From Octopus sinensis (taxonomy: Eukaryota): a stretch of 32,246 nt of DNA. Positions 1 to 12,151 of the stretch are shown one piece after another. The DNA is taken from positions 1 to 32,246 of the forward strand of contig NW_021829582.1 in NCBI RefSeq assembly GCF_006345805.1, given 5' to 3'. The first letter of the stretch is position 1, and every line of letters starts with the position of its first letter. The position numbers and the translations under genes are program-made. The notes under the pieces are model-generated. The model ran no database searches. It was not told the origin of the DNA and was given only the letters and a program-made list of their open reading frames with translations.

Positions 1-720
1 TGTATGTATATGCGTTTGTTTGTGTGTGCATGTTTGTCTTCGTGTGCGGCGTGTGTGTATGTGTGTGTGTCAATGAGTGTGATCGTGTGTGTTCGTGTGT
101 GCTTGTGTGAGTGTCTTCGAGTGTGCATGTGTATGTGTGTGTGTGTGTGTGTTTGTGTGTGTGCATGTGTGTGTATGTTTTTGTGTGTGTCTGTGTGTTG
201 TGTACGAGCGTGTACGTGTGAGACTTTTAGAGTTTCTCCGACATTTTTGCAGCTTTTTTACATTGACGATGAGGAAAACGCCCGTGATGGAGATGGGGGG
301 AGGAATGACGGTGATGGTAGTCGTCGTCGTAGTCGAGGTGATGACGTTAACGGCAAGGTTGATGGCGGTGTTGATGGTAGTGCTAGAAGTGGGTGACAAC
401 GGTGATGGTAGTTTTAGGGGCAGCACTGGTGACGATAACGATGTTGACGAAGTGATAGCGGTGGGGAAATAGCGGTGGTTTTAGTGGTGTAGGCGGTGGG
501 GAAATGATGATGATAATGATGAAGGAGAAGAAAAAGAAGCAGAACAAGATGATGATGATGATGATGATGGGTGGTAATGACGAAGGCGGCGATGGGGACA
601 ATAGTGATGGTGGTGATGGTGCTGGAGATGGCGATAGTCATTATGGTGACGGTAACGGTGAAGGGGATGGTAGAGACGATGGTGTTGTGGTTTCGGTGGC
701 AGTAGTTGTGGTGATCTTGA
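1..720. repeat. (GT)n tract followed by degenerate (GAT/GGT)n trinucleotide tract
   Basis: Directly visible tandem di- and trinucleotide runs. The overlapping ORFs are only CV/HT/poly-M low-complexity translations. Confidence 0.9.
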
Positions 721-1209
721 TGAAGGCGGTTAGAGTAGGGTTATTAAATGATGCTTGAAGCTGCCAGTGGTACCGCTGGTCGTGATGGTGGCGTCAGTGG
801 TAGACCTTTTCAAAGTGCTCGTGGCTCCAGCGTTAATTGTTCTCGATGTGGCGGTCATGGCATACTGGAAATGATGGTACAATTGTAGATCATTGTAGCA
901 ATAATTTCTGAAGGAGATCTCTATCGATATGATGGTAGGGCTGCCGATGGAATCATGTCATTGTGCATAAGGGATCTATTAAGTAATAATATCAACAATA
1001 AAATTTTGATGGCGGCGAATTAGTGGTGTTTATAACGACGAAACGGGTGGTGATGGCGCCAGCGATGAAGGCTGTGGAGAATATGGGAGTGAAGAGCGCG
1101 GAAGACGTGATACTGTTGACAGTGATGATAAAGGCAGAAGCAGCGCAGTGCATGTGTGTATGCGCATGTGATGGTGTGTTGTGTATTTTATATGCTATAT
1201 ATGAATATT

Positions 1210-1223
1210 AGATATATATATAT

Positions 1224-1274
<51 letters not shown>

Positions 1275-1548
1275 GTATATATATTATATATATATATATA
1301 TATCATCATCATCATCATTATCGTCATCATCAGGATTATCATTATCAGCAGCTGTAGCTGTGGGTAGGCGGCCTTGGTCATTTTACTGTTTCAAGTTATT
1401 ACGCCAGTTACGCGTATTTTCATTTTATAGAAACGACCGCAATGATTAGAACCCCATAGAATGGAGTCGCCAGTCCGTGTGTGTGTTTGTGAGTAGAGAG
1501 AGAGAAACGAGAGGAGAGAGAGAGGAAAGAGCAGAGAGATATACATAT

Positions 1549-1587
<39 letters not shown>

Positions 1588-1620
1588 CTATATATATATA
1601 TATATTATATATATATTTAA
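1210..1620. repeat. (TA)n microsatellites with short (CAT)n and (GA)n runs
   Basis: Visible TA arrays at ~1210-1300 and ~1540-1617. Confidence 0.9.
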
Positions 1621-1657
1621 AAAAGGAGATGTGGAACACGAGTTGTGATATATAAAA

Positions 1658-1842
1658 AAGGAAATGAAGAATGCTGACAAAATAATTTAAGTAATTTAAG
1701 TAATTTAATTAGGTGAAGTTATTTTTACACCGGTTGCGCATTTGTTATGCTTATCAAAAGATTAGAGTTCCTTTCAGATAGATTTTTCCTCTTATCTGAT
1801 ACTTAAATTACTTAAATTATTTTGTCAGCATTTTCTTCATTT

Positions 1843-1846
<4 letters not shown>
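1658..1846. mobile_element. MITE-like element with ~45-bp terminal inverted repeats in a TA context
   Basis: Left arm aaggaaatgaagaatgctgacaaaataatttaagtaatttaagta (1658-1702) is the reverse complement of tacttaaattacttaaattattttgtcagcattttcttcatttcctt (1800-1846) apart from a 2-nt indel. The spacer is ~97 bp, non-coding, with TA repeats on both sides. Confidence 0.7.
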
Positions 1847-1901
<55 letters not shown>

Positions 1902-1947
1902 GTATGTATATATATGTATGTATTTGTATGTATTGTTGTGTTCTGTA

Positions 1948-2090
1948 CCCCCATGGCTTGACAACTGATGCTGGTGTGTTTACTTCCTCGTAACCTCAGC
2001 GGTTCGGCAAAAAAGACCCAGTAGACTAGTACTAGGCTTAGAAAGAATTAAGTCCTGAAATGAGTGAAACAAGTGAAAGAATAAAAGGAA
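1948..2090 (+). mobile_element. 3' tail segment of an octopus CORE-type SINE
   Basis: gcttgacaactgatgctggtgtgtttac...agcggttcggcaaaa...gagtgaaacaagtgaaag is homologous to the tails at 8341-8480 and 22616-22805, and follows a (TA)/(TG) microsatellite as they do. Confidence 0.75.
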
Positions 2091-2409
2091 ATAAATTCGT
2101 CTCCATGGCGACGATTGTAGAAGTGGGAAGTGCTGGTGACGGTGATGGCATCGGCCGTTGTGGTGGTGGTGGTGGTGCGGGTGTGACGACATCGGCGGCC
2201 GTGGTGATGGTGATGGTGATGGTGATGAGGATAGTGATGGGGATTGTGATGCTGGTGGTGATGTTGATGGTCTTAGTATTCTGGTGATTCTGGCATTGAT
2301 GTGCTTTGGTCAAGACAATCTTGACCATTACTGGACAACAAAATAAATTAAACGTACAAACATTATATTTATACAGCTTTCAACTGGCCGAAACATTGCT
2401 AAAAAGAAT

Positions 2410-2985
2410 TATTGTTGTTGTTGCTGCTCTTCTTCTTCTTTTCTTCTTCTTCTTCTTCTTCTTCTTCTCCTCCTCCTCCTCCTCCTCCTCCTTCTTCTTC
2501 TCCTCCCCTCCTCCTCCTTCTTCTTCTTCTTCTTCTTCTTCTTCTTTTTCTTCTTCTTCTTCTTCTTCGTCTTCTTCTTCGTCTCCTTCTCCTCCTCCTC
2601 CTTCTCTTCCTCCTCCTTCTTCTTCTTCTTCTTCGTCTTCTTCTTCTTCTTCCACTTTTTCTCCTTATTGATGACAATGATGATGTTCTTCTTCTTCTTA
2701 ATGATGATGATGATGATGATGTGGTTCTTGTTATTGTTCTCTTCTTCTTTTTCTTCTTCTTCGTCTCCTTCTTCCTTTCTTACTTTTTCTTCACATTTTG
2801 ATGACAATAATGATGTTGTTCTTATTATTATTGATGACGATGAGATGTAGTTGTGGTTGTTGCTGTTGTTGTAGTTGTTGTTGTTTTTCTTTTCTCCTTC
2901 TTGATGATGATAATGATGATGTTCTTCTTCTACTTCTTCTGTTGATGATAATGATACTGTTGTTGTTGTTGTTGTTTCTGCTGTT
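2410..2985. repeat. (CTT/CCT)n polypyrimidine tract with (GAT)/(GTT) runs
   Basis: Visible trinucleotide arrays; the source of the poly-E/K/R/L/S ORFs. Confidence 0.9.
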
Positions 2986-3234
2986 GTTGTTTTTTACCCA
3001 ATCAACAACGATGGTGTATATCTACGAGCAAAGGACTTCTGGATTAGACAACCGCCATCGACCGAGGCCCTCGTTATCCATTAAAAAGAGTAAGGGTGGC
3101 GATCTGAATGATTCTTGGCCATCATTTCTAGTAGATCGGTAGCTTGCCGTTGCTAGTGTTTTTGTCGATGTTTGTGATGGTACAACTGGTAGGTGAGTTG
3201 GTAATAATCGTTGAGGCGGTAATAGTGGTGGTAG

Positions 3235-3470
3235 AAAAAGGCGGCGAGCTGGCAGAAACGTTAGCACGCCGGGCGAAATGCTTAGCCGTATTTCGTCTGC
3301 CGTTACGTTGTGAGTTCAAATTCCGCCGAGGTCGACTTTGCCTTTCATCCTTTCGGGGTCGATAAATTAAGTACCAGTTACGCACTGGGGTCGATGTAAT
3401 CGATTTAATACCTATATCTGTCCTTGTTTGTCCCCTCCCTGTTTTGCCCCTTGTGGGTAATAAAGAAATA
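3235..3470 (+). mobile_element. Full-length tRNA-derived SINE (MetaSINE-like central domain) with a 17-bp target-site duplication
   Basis: The head has an A-box-like tggcagaaacgttag and a B-box-like gagttcaaattcc. The central domain is gaggtcgactttgcctttcatcctttcggggtcgataaattaagtacc and the tail is ccccttgtgggtaataaagaaata. It is flanked by ggtaatagtggtggtag (3218-3234) and ggtaacagtggtggtag (3471-3487), with one mismatch. The Meta-domain assignment is from recalled consensus. Confidence 0.9.
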
Positions 3471-3844
3471 GGTAACAGTGGTGGTAGTGGTGGGGGTCAT
3501 GATATTGATGATGGATATGAAATGTGTGTGTGAGAGAGAATGTGTGTGTGTGTATGTATGTGTATGTTGGTGTTGCTTTTTGAAGGTTTCCTTGGTCTTC
3601 CATAGCAGCTGTTATTAGTGGTAAAACGGGAACGTTGGTGATGATACTGAGGAGTAGAAGGAGGAGAAGGAAATATCTGAAGGAGAAAGAAAGGAAAGAA
3701 GGAAGGAGGGGAAGAATGGGTGGAGGGGGAGGAGAGTGGAAGAAAGCGATTAATAAAGGATAATGAATATGTCAAGCAAATTACGATGATAATAATCGGA
3801 GACCCGGGGAGATGAATTAGACAAAGATGACGGTGCTTATAATG

Positions 3845-3999
3845 CTGTTGCTACTTTCATTGCTGCTGATATTGCAGTTGCCACTGCTGCTGCTGCTGCT
3901 GCTGCTGCTACTACTGCTGCTGCTGGTGATGATGATAATGACGATGACGATGACGATGATGATGATGATGACGACGACGACGGCGATGATGATGATGAC

Positions 4000-4034
<35 letters not shown>

Positions 4035-4645
4035 CGACGACGATGATGATGCTGATGATGATGACGACGACGACGACGACGACGACGATGGTGATGATGA
4101 TGATGATGATGATGATGACGACGATGACGATGATGACGACGATGATGATGACGTTGATGATGACGATGAGGGAGGATGAGCCCGACGACAACGAACATGA
4201 CAATGACAACGGTAAAGGTGACGGTGTGAAAGACGACAGCACAACCGATGACGGTGATAATGAGGAGAAGGATGACGACGATGACGATGACGATGACGAC
4301 GGATCTGGTGTTAATGAAGACGACCGCGGTGACGATAAATAACGATGGTAATGGCGAACATTATGATCATAATCGTGATAACGGTGATGATGACGATGAT
4401 GATGATGACGATGATGATGATGATGATGATGGTTATGATGATGATGATGATGATGATGACGATGATGATGATGATGATGATCATGATGATGATCATGATC
4501 TTCATTCCCTTCATCATCAACATCATCATCAATACAATTATCATTATCGTTATCGCTTTCATGAACATGATGAAACTTGGATAATAGCAAGTTTGATAAA
4601 CGAGATCTTTGATACAGTTTTGATATTATATTATTTTGCCATTGC

Positions 4646-4722
<77 letters not shown>

Positions 4723-4740
4723 TATTATTATTATTATCAT

Positions 4741-4810
<70 letters not shown>

Positions 4811-5092
4811 TATCATTACTACTACTAATACTATTACTATTATTATTACTATTATTATCAATGTTGTCGATGTTTGTTTAGTTTTCTCTGGATGATGGGA
4901 TGTCTTTTACGTTTGGTTTGTTTATTTTACTTTTTTATTTATTTTTAACTTCTGTTTTATTTTTCTCATTACAGAAATTTCATTTGGATTCGAAACCCTT
5001 TAATTAGGGATTTTGAATATTGCTTGCTTCCATTAGGAAATTTTAAATTTAAAACGGAAGCAAAATAATGATGATGATGATGATGATGATGA

Positions 5093-5125
<33 letters not shown>

Positions 5126-5152
5126 ACTAATAATAATAATAATAAATATAGC

Positions 5153-5214
<62 letters not shown>

Positions 5215-5290
5215 TAATAATAATCACAATACCACCACGACCACCACCTCCATCAACAACAACAACAACAGCAGCAGCAATAATAATAAT
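3845..5290. repeat. Compound trinucleotide microsatellite field (GCT, GAT/GAC, TTA, GAT, TAA, CAA blocks)
   Basis: Directly visible consecutive arrays over ~1.45 kb. Confidence 0.95.
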
Positions 5291-5402
5291 AATCAAATTC
5301 AAGAAAAAACAGCCAAGCAACCCAGACAAATAATAAAAGTGAATTTAGTGGTCATTTGAAATAAAAGAGAGTGAAAATGGTGGACAGCCGGTTTCATCTC
5401 TG

Positions 5403-5953
5403 TTACTGTTTCATTAATCTTTGGAAGGGTATGTTGCTGACAGAACAAAGTGGGACAATGAAAGAGTGATGCAGAGAGTGAGGGCTGGACGTTAGACACA
5501 GTAACAAGTGACAGATAGAGTGTGGGGGTGGATGAAAGCGTGAGAGAGGAAGAATGAGAGATAAAAAGTATAGGGGTGAGAGAGAGAAATAATAAGGTTT
5601 CGGTAAAGGAATCACGTGTTTCGGAAACCATGTTATTGTATAGAAGTACACCGCTTCCACAATCAGAGACCTCACTTGAAACTGCTCTTTGTACATGGCC
5701 AACTGTAGCCACATGACCAACGACAACAGCAACATGTGTAGCGATGACGACACCGATATCAACAACTTCAGCAACAATGACAATATGTCGGCTTGTGAAA
5801 TATGGTGGACGTCAGTTAAGGCGCCGTGGCGGAAAAAGCGGGAAGTCGAGAAGGCGGGAAGATACGATAGAACTAGAATTACAAACAACAGCACGGTCAG
5901 TTTTAGGTGTTGGGTGGGTCGCATGACTGAGAGATCGTCGTGAATGGATTTGC
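5403..5953 (-). CDS. Possible exon encoding two hydrophobic helices resembling TM6-TM7 of a divergent class A GPCR (weak)
   Basis: Within the 196-aa ORF 5403..5993, HLKLTVLLFVILVLSYLPAF has a TM6-like basic residue and a SYLP in place of CWxP, and LLISVSSSLHMLLLSL is loosely TM7-like but lacks NPxxY. An acceptor-like caccttatccag lies just upstream. The hydrophobicity could instead be the antisense of degenerate (AAC/GAC) repeats. Confidence 0.2.
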
Positions 5954-6009
5954 TGGATAAGGTGTGATCCGAGGATACATAGAGCATCATCATACATCAT
6001 CATTACTTC

Positions 6010-6360
6010 TGCCCCTTCTTCTCTTCCACTTCCTCCTCCTCCTCCTCCTCCTCATCATCATCATCATCATCATCTCCAGCAACAGCAACAGCGGCAGTAG
6101 CTTCAGCGACTGCATTTGACAACGTATATAGCTGTTGTTATAACGACAGCAATAACGATGCTGCTGCTGCTGCTGATAATGATGATGATGAGGAGGAGGA
6201 GGAGGAGGAGGAGGAGAGAAAGAGAAGGAGGAGGAGGATAAAGGAGAGGAGAAGCAGGAACAAGAGGAGGAGGTAATGGTAGTGGTGGTGGTGGTGGTGG
6301 TGGTTGTGGTGGTTGTAGTGGTGGTTGTAGTGGTGGTGGTGGTAGTGGTGGTGGGTTGAT
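6010..6360. repeat. (CCT)(CAT)(GCT)(GAG)(GGT) compound microsatellite
   Basis: Visible arrays. Confidence 0.85.
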
Positions 6361-6544
6361 GCTCAATGCGAAAAGCAACACACAGAAAAGTTACGTAAAA
6401 CTCTGAAGAAAATGACATGATGCACTACACCAACAGGAAGTATCTCTCCTCCCCGCAACTCCCTACAAAAATAAGAAGAATGCAAGGCTTCACGCAACAC
6501 ACTAATGCGGAGGTTCACCAGGTGATGCAGCCAAAACTCGCACG

Positions 6545-6925
6545 TGACAATCGAAGAAGCGATAATAATGCTGCACAGGGATGCTGCGAATGTCCCTAAA
6601 TGTGAAATGGCTGGAGCCTATGACAAGTGAATGCCTTTATGGTGACCTGCCGAAAATTGGCGAGAAGATTAGGCAAAGACGGTTGTGACTATCTGGTCAC
6701 TGCATACATCATTTTGATCTGGAAGCATCAGCCTTGTGGGACCCACTTCATGGTGATGTAAGAAGAGGAGAACGTCGTGACACTTCCATCGACAGCCTCA
6801 CTGCAGACAATGGTCTGGAATTTATCCAGGACCTAGAGATAGTGACGGTGGACCGAGAAGTGTAACGGGTGTATTTTCTTACTGCCACCAGATTTGGAAC
6901 CCGGTCCTAATGATAAATGACGATG
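6545..6925 (+). mobile_element. Degraded 3' end of an RTE-clade LINE (C-terminus downstream of the reverse transcriptase domain)
   Basis: One frame through 6581 reads TGMLRMSLNVKWLEPMTSECLYGDLPKIGEKIRQRRL*LSGHC...LWDPLHG..RRG...IDSLTADNGL...DREV*. This matches the RTE C-terminal pattern (RMLR.ALN.SW...LYG.LP.IS..IR.RRL..AGHC...LW.P.HG.R.RGRP..T.ID.L..DTG) with in-frame stops, followed by a (GAT)-like tail. Confidence 0.8.
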
Positions 6926-7324
6926 ACAATATATCTATGACCGCAACAATTGCGACAAAAAGAAAAGAGGACGAGGCAAGGAGAGTGGCATTTCTAAGTG
7001 GTCACTTATGCAAGGAACAGCAGCTAAATCTTCATTAGATTACCAACGGCATCCAGACAATACATACATATTCACAACGGAACCTCATAAAAATAGCTTC
7101 ATTGAACCCTATCTCACAAGTGAGATGGTGCAGGAGAACCGTTTCACTTGCACGTAAAGCCATCTTACCTCGCCTCACAGCCCACCACAAAATGGCCTCC
7201 CCATTGGATGGAATGGTCTTACTCAGCAACAGAGCCCAAATGTGTTTTGTTTTTCTTTATAGAAAACTCTGCACTGCAGTGTTCACTACTCCATCCACAC
7301 CATGTTTAGCTGCGAAGGCCCATT

Positions 7325-7637
7325 GCTTTAATGGTTAGGATATTCGGTTCACGATCGTATGGTTGTGAGTTCGATTCTAGACGATGTGCTAAGTCCTTAA
7401 GCAACGCACTCTATTTTTATGTTGCTCCAGTTCATTCAACTGGAAGATATGATTTGTACCTGTAATTCAAAAGACCAACCTTATCGCATTCTGTGTCATG
7501 CTGAATCTCACTCAGAACTAAGTTAAGTATATCCGTGTCTGTGGAGTACTCAGCCACTTGTACGTTAATTTCATAGGTAGACTGTTCCGTTGATTTTATC
7601 AACTAGAACCCTTGTTTTCGGAACCAACAGAGTGCCA
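7325..7637 (+). mobile_element. tRNA-derived SINE, a second family, degraded
   Basis: A-box-like tgctttaatggttagg and B-box-like gagttcgattc, then gtccttaagcaacgcactc...gttgctccagttcattcaactg...gtgtctgtggagtactcagccacttgtacgttaatttc...ggaaccaacagagtgcc. I recognise this from memory as a common octopus SINE body. Confidence 0.7.
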
Positions 7638-8091
7638 GTTACTTACTTCATCTCTTTATTCCTGTCTCCCACCTTATATTCCCAGCAATGCTCACATTCT
7701 GCTGAGTCCCTTCTCTCCAGAACAGATTTCTATGGAATTTTCACTCGCATCAATAAATCTGCCGTCAGTTTGCAGATTTATTCAAATATGATATGACTCA
7801 CGTAGATTTCATCTCGCCTGGAGTGTCTCTGAAAGCATTATAGGCATAAATCCTGCTTTCATTCTTACTGATCTCCTTCGGTCACCTTTGAAACTAAAGT
7901 GCTGCCTGGGATACGAAGTCTCTGATCTACAATTAAAAAAAAAAGAAAAGAAAAGAGAAAAAGGGAAAGAAAACAAAAATACTGTATAATCACTTCTTGA
8001 AATCATTGAACACAGGCTTACGTGATCGGAACCGAAATCGGCCTTAAAATAATAAATATGAACAACAATACTCCCTCCCACCACCACCATC

Positions 8092-8895
<804 letters not shown>

Positions 8896-10149
8896 AAAAA
8901 AAAAAAAGAAGAAGAAAAGGATCGAATAAGTATGTAGGTCCACCGAATAAAGTAGGGATAACAAGGGTTTCGTAGGCAAGAATGGGTTGAGAACCATTGA
9001 TTTATTGTAATTTGAAGAAATTTCGGTTTTTGAAATCGAACGGTCCCTGCAATTTGCTGGTAAGTTTAAAAGGCTGAGGGTTTAGTATATTTTGAGTGTG
9101 ATAGATCTGATATCTTTACCACATCGAGAAAAAAGGGATATATTTTTAACAATCAGTGACCAGTTTTATGTGACTGCTTTTTTCAGCAGTGTTGAGGGAC
9201 CACTAAAATTTCAACGAAAATTTAGTCACCAGATGACTGTAAAATGGTGGGGACTTGGTTGCTATATTTGTCAAATCAAGTTGAGCTGTTTAATTAGAAA
9301 TTAATTTCCAGTTAATATTAAAAGGTTAAGAAATAACTACTGTTCGACAGAGATTTAGCTGCTATTTTTAGCAGGAGAATCGACCACTGCGCTTTCCACG
9401 CAATGAACAGGACATCAGTCTCGCCTCATATCCTTCGCAATATTGTTGCTACATTTCTCTCTGCTTCTAGTTTTATTTCCTATCTTCTATGTCTTCTCGG
9501 CCCTGTTAATTTAAATGCAAACTTGTTAGTTAGCCATATACAGCAAGCAGTCTTAATTACATTAGCTATCTATTTATCAAATGTTAAATATACATAGATC
9601 TGTATGAAAGGTGGGTGACAGGCGTTCATCAGGAACGAGGAAGGTGCTGGTGACGGAAGGAGGCAGAGATGCAATAAAGGGAGATAAGGAAGAAGGAAAG
9701 ATTGTGCGTAATGGTCCTGCTTATGATTATCTATCAAACATCGCAAAGTGTGTATTTCTGTACGGCTTTCTCATGTTCATATTTCTCGCTTCTATGGTTT
9801 CATGGACTTCTTCGACACAAGAACAGTATCGTAACAGCGAAACACCATCATGCTGTTAGGGAGCGGGAGTCTTTATACCAATGTAATTACAATAATGGGT
9901 TTTGGCAACTGGTAAATGGACAGGTCAAGACCTCTCTATCATATGCATGAATATAATGCTTGGCGCTTTTTGTTTTTGCTCTTATTTTGATGTGTTTGTG
10001 TTTGTGTTTGTGTTTGTGTGTGTGTGTGTTTTTCTTCTTTTTCGTACCTGGTTTTCCTTTATAAATATCAATGCCTTGAGCCCACTAGATGAAATCGATA
10101 TGTACGCATAAACATACGCACGCATCACACACAACACACACTCACACGT

Positions 10150-10405
10150 ACACACAAATACACACACGGATATATTTATACATATATATAATATATATAT
10201 ATACATATATATTATATATGCATATATGAGTATAAATATATATATGTATATAAATATATATATATAATATTATATATATTATATATATATAATATATATA
10301 TATATTATACTAATATATACATACATATATATATAGCGTATGCATGCGTATAAAAGTATGTGCGTGTGTCTTTATTTATATGTATATATTTATATATATA
10401 TTATC

Positions 10406-10440
<35 letters not shown>

Positions 10441-10577
10441 ATATACTATATACATAGATACATATATATATATATTATATATATGTATTATATATATATG
10501 TATTTATATATATATATATATATATATGTATATAATATATATATATATATATAATATGTATATATATATATATATAT
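10150..10577. repeat. Long (TA)n-rich microsatellite
   Basis: Visible. Confidence 0.9.
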
Positions 10578-11686
10578 AACAATTTAGGAGTGACCTAACA
10601 GGTCATTGTCCACCAGAAAGAGCAGCCATAACTCACACGCCAAGTAGTAGTAATTCAGAAATTAGGTGAAAATTTAAAAACATTTACCCCCAATTCATCT
10701 TTTAGACGTTGCAACGTTCTGTGTCATTATGATTAAATTAGCTTAATTAAATTAAATTAAGCCAATCTACCATAGGTTACCTTCATCAGTAAAAAACCTG
10801 GGAGAGACAAATATAACGAGGCGTCTGTATCGATGCCTACGGAATATAGTCTTAAAATTCAAGACTGACGTATTCGCGCCAAACTTATCAGCAGTAAATA
10901 TAAACTGCGATTCAATCTCAGAATTATTCAGAAAATTATCAATAGTCAATATAGGGTAGCAAAAAATTCAATAGAAATTATCGCTACAGCGGCCTGATGG
11001 AAAAAGAGAAAAATAGTCAACGACTAATATAATATAAATATAACAATTTAGGAGTGACCTAACAGGTCATTCGTCCACCATGACGAATGACCTGTTAGGG
11101 TCACTCCTAAATGTTTATATATATATATTAGTCGTTGACTATTTTCTTCTTTCCATCAGGCCGCTGGTAGCGATAAATTTCTATTGAATTTTTTTGCTAC
11201 CCTATATTGACTATTGATAATTTTTGAATAATTCTGAGATTGAATCGGCAGTTTATATTTATGCTGATAAGTTTGGCGCGAATACGTCAGTCTTGAAAAT
11301 TTTAGGACTATATTCCGTAGGCATCGATACAGACGCCTCGTGTATATTTGTCTCTCCCAGGTTTTTTACTGATGAAGTGTAACCTATGGTAGATTGGCTT
11401 AATTTATTTATTAAGCTATTTAATCATTAATGACACAGAAACGTTGCAACGTCTTAAAAGATGAATTGGGGTAAATGTTTAAATTTTCACCTAATTTCTG
11501 AATTACTACTACTTGGCGTGTGAGTTATGGCTGCTCTTTCTGGTGGACGATAGGACCTGTTAGGGTCACTCCTAAATTGTTATATATATATCTTTAGTCG
11601 TGACTATTTTCTCTTTCCATCAGGCCGCTGGAGGTAGCGATAAATTTCTATGGAATTTTTTTGCTACCCTATATTGACTAATTGAT
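10578..11686. repeat. Head-to-head palindrome of a ~464-bp tandem-repeat unit
   Basis: The unit start aacaatttaggagtgacc recurs at 10578 and 11042. From 11082 the sequence is the reverse complement of the left arm, with a 6-nt spacer caccat (11076-11081). The right arm holds a full unit to ~11580 and a further partial unit to ~11686. Confidence 0.9.
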
Positions 11687-11869
11687 ATATAATATATATA
11701 TATATATATTACGGGCGCGAGCATACAAATATAAGAATCTATGTATTTGCATGTGTATGATTATATTTATGCATGTGTGCAAAGATATATATTTATATAA
11801 TTACGGGCGTGTGTATATTAATTATTGCTTGTTTATGTGTGTGTGTGTATATTATACATTTATACACAC

Positions 11870-11876
11870 ATATAGT

Positions 11877-11908
<32 letters not shown>

Positions 11909-11916
11909 AATATAGT

Positions 11917-11972
<56 letters not shown>

Positions 11973-11980
11973 AATATAGT

Positions 11981-12053
<73 letters not shown>

Positions 12054-12068
12054 TGATAGAAATATAGT

Positions 12069-12151
<83 letters not shown>

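Noticed and set aside
4-5333. Many long ORFs (up to 307 aa) with poly-I/M/D/L/E/H runs
   Set aside because: They are translations of stop-free trinucleotide microsatellites, open in several frames on both strands, with no domain-like content.
5403-5993. Cys-loop/chemotactile receptor M1-M2 interpretation of the 196-aa ORF
   Set aside because: The spacing between the two hydrophobic segments (>20 aa) is far longer than the short M1-M2 loop, and there is no Cys-loop or extracellular domain upstream.
7802-7926. 125-nt minus-strand exon using the gtgagt donor at 7801
   Set aside because: All three frames contain stops, so it can only be non-coding. The shorter version using the gtaaga donor is kept as a hypothesis.
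9019-9066. Possible 42-nt plus-strand exon (EISVFEIERSLQFA) before gtaagt
   Set aside because: The acceptor is weak, there is no partner exon, and such sites occur by chance in AT-rich DNA.
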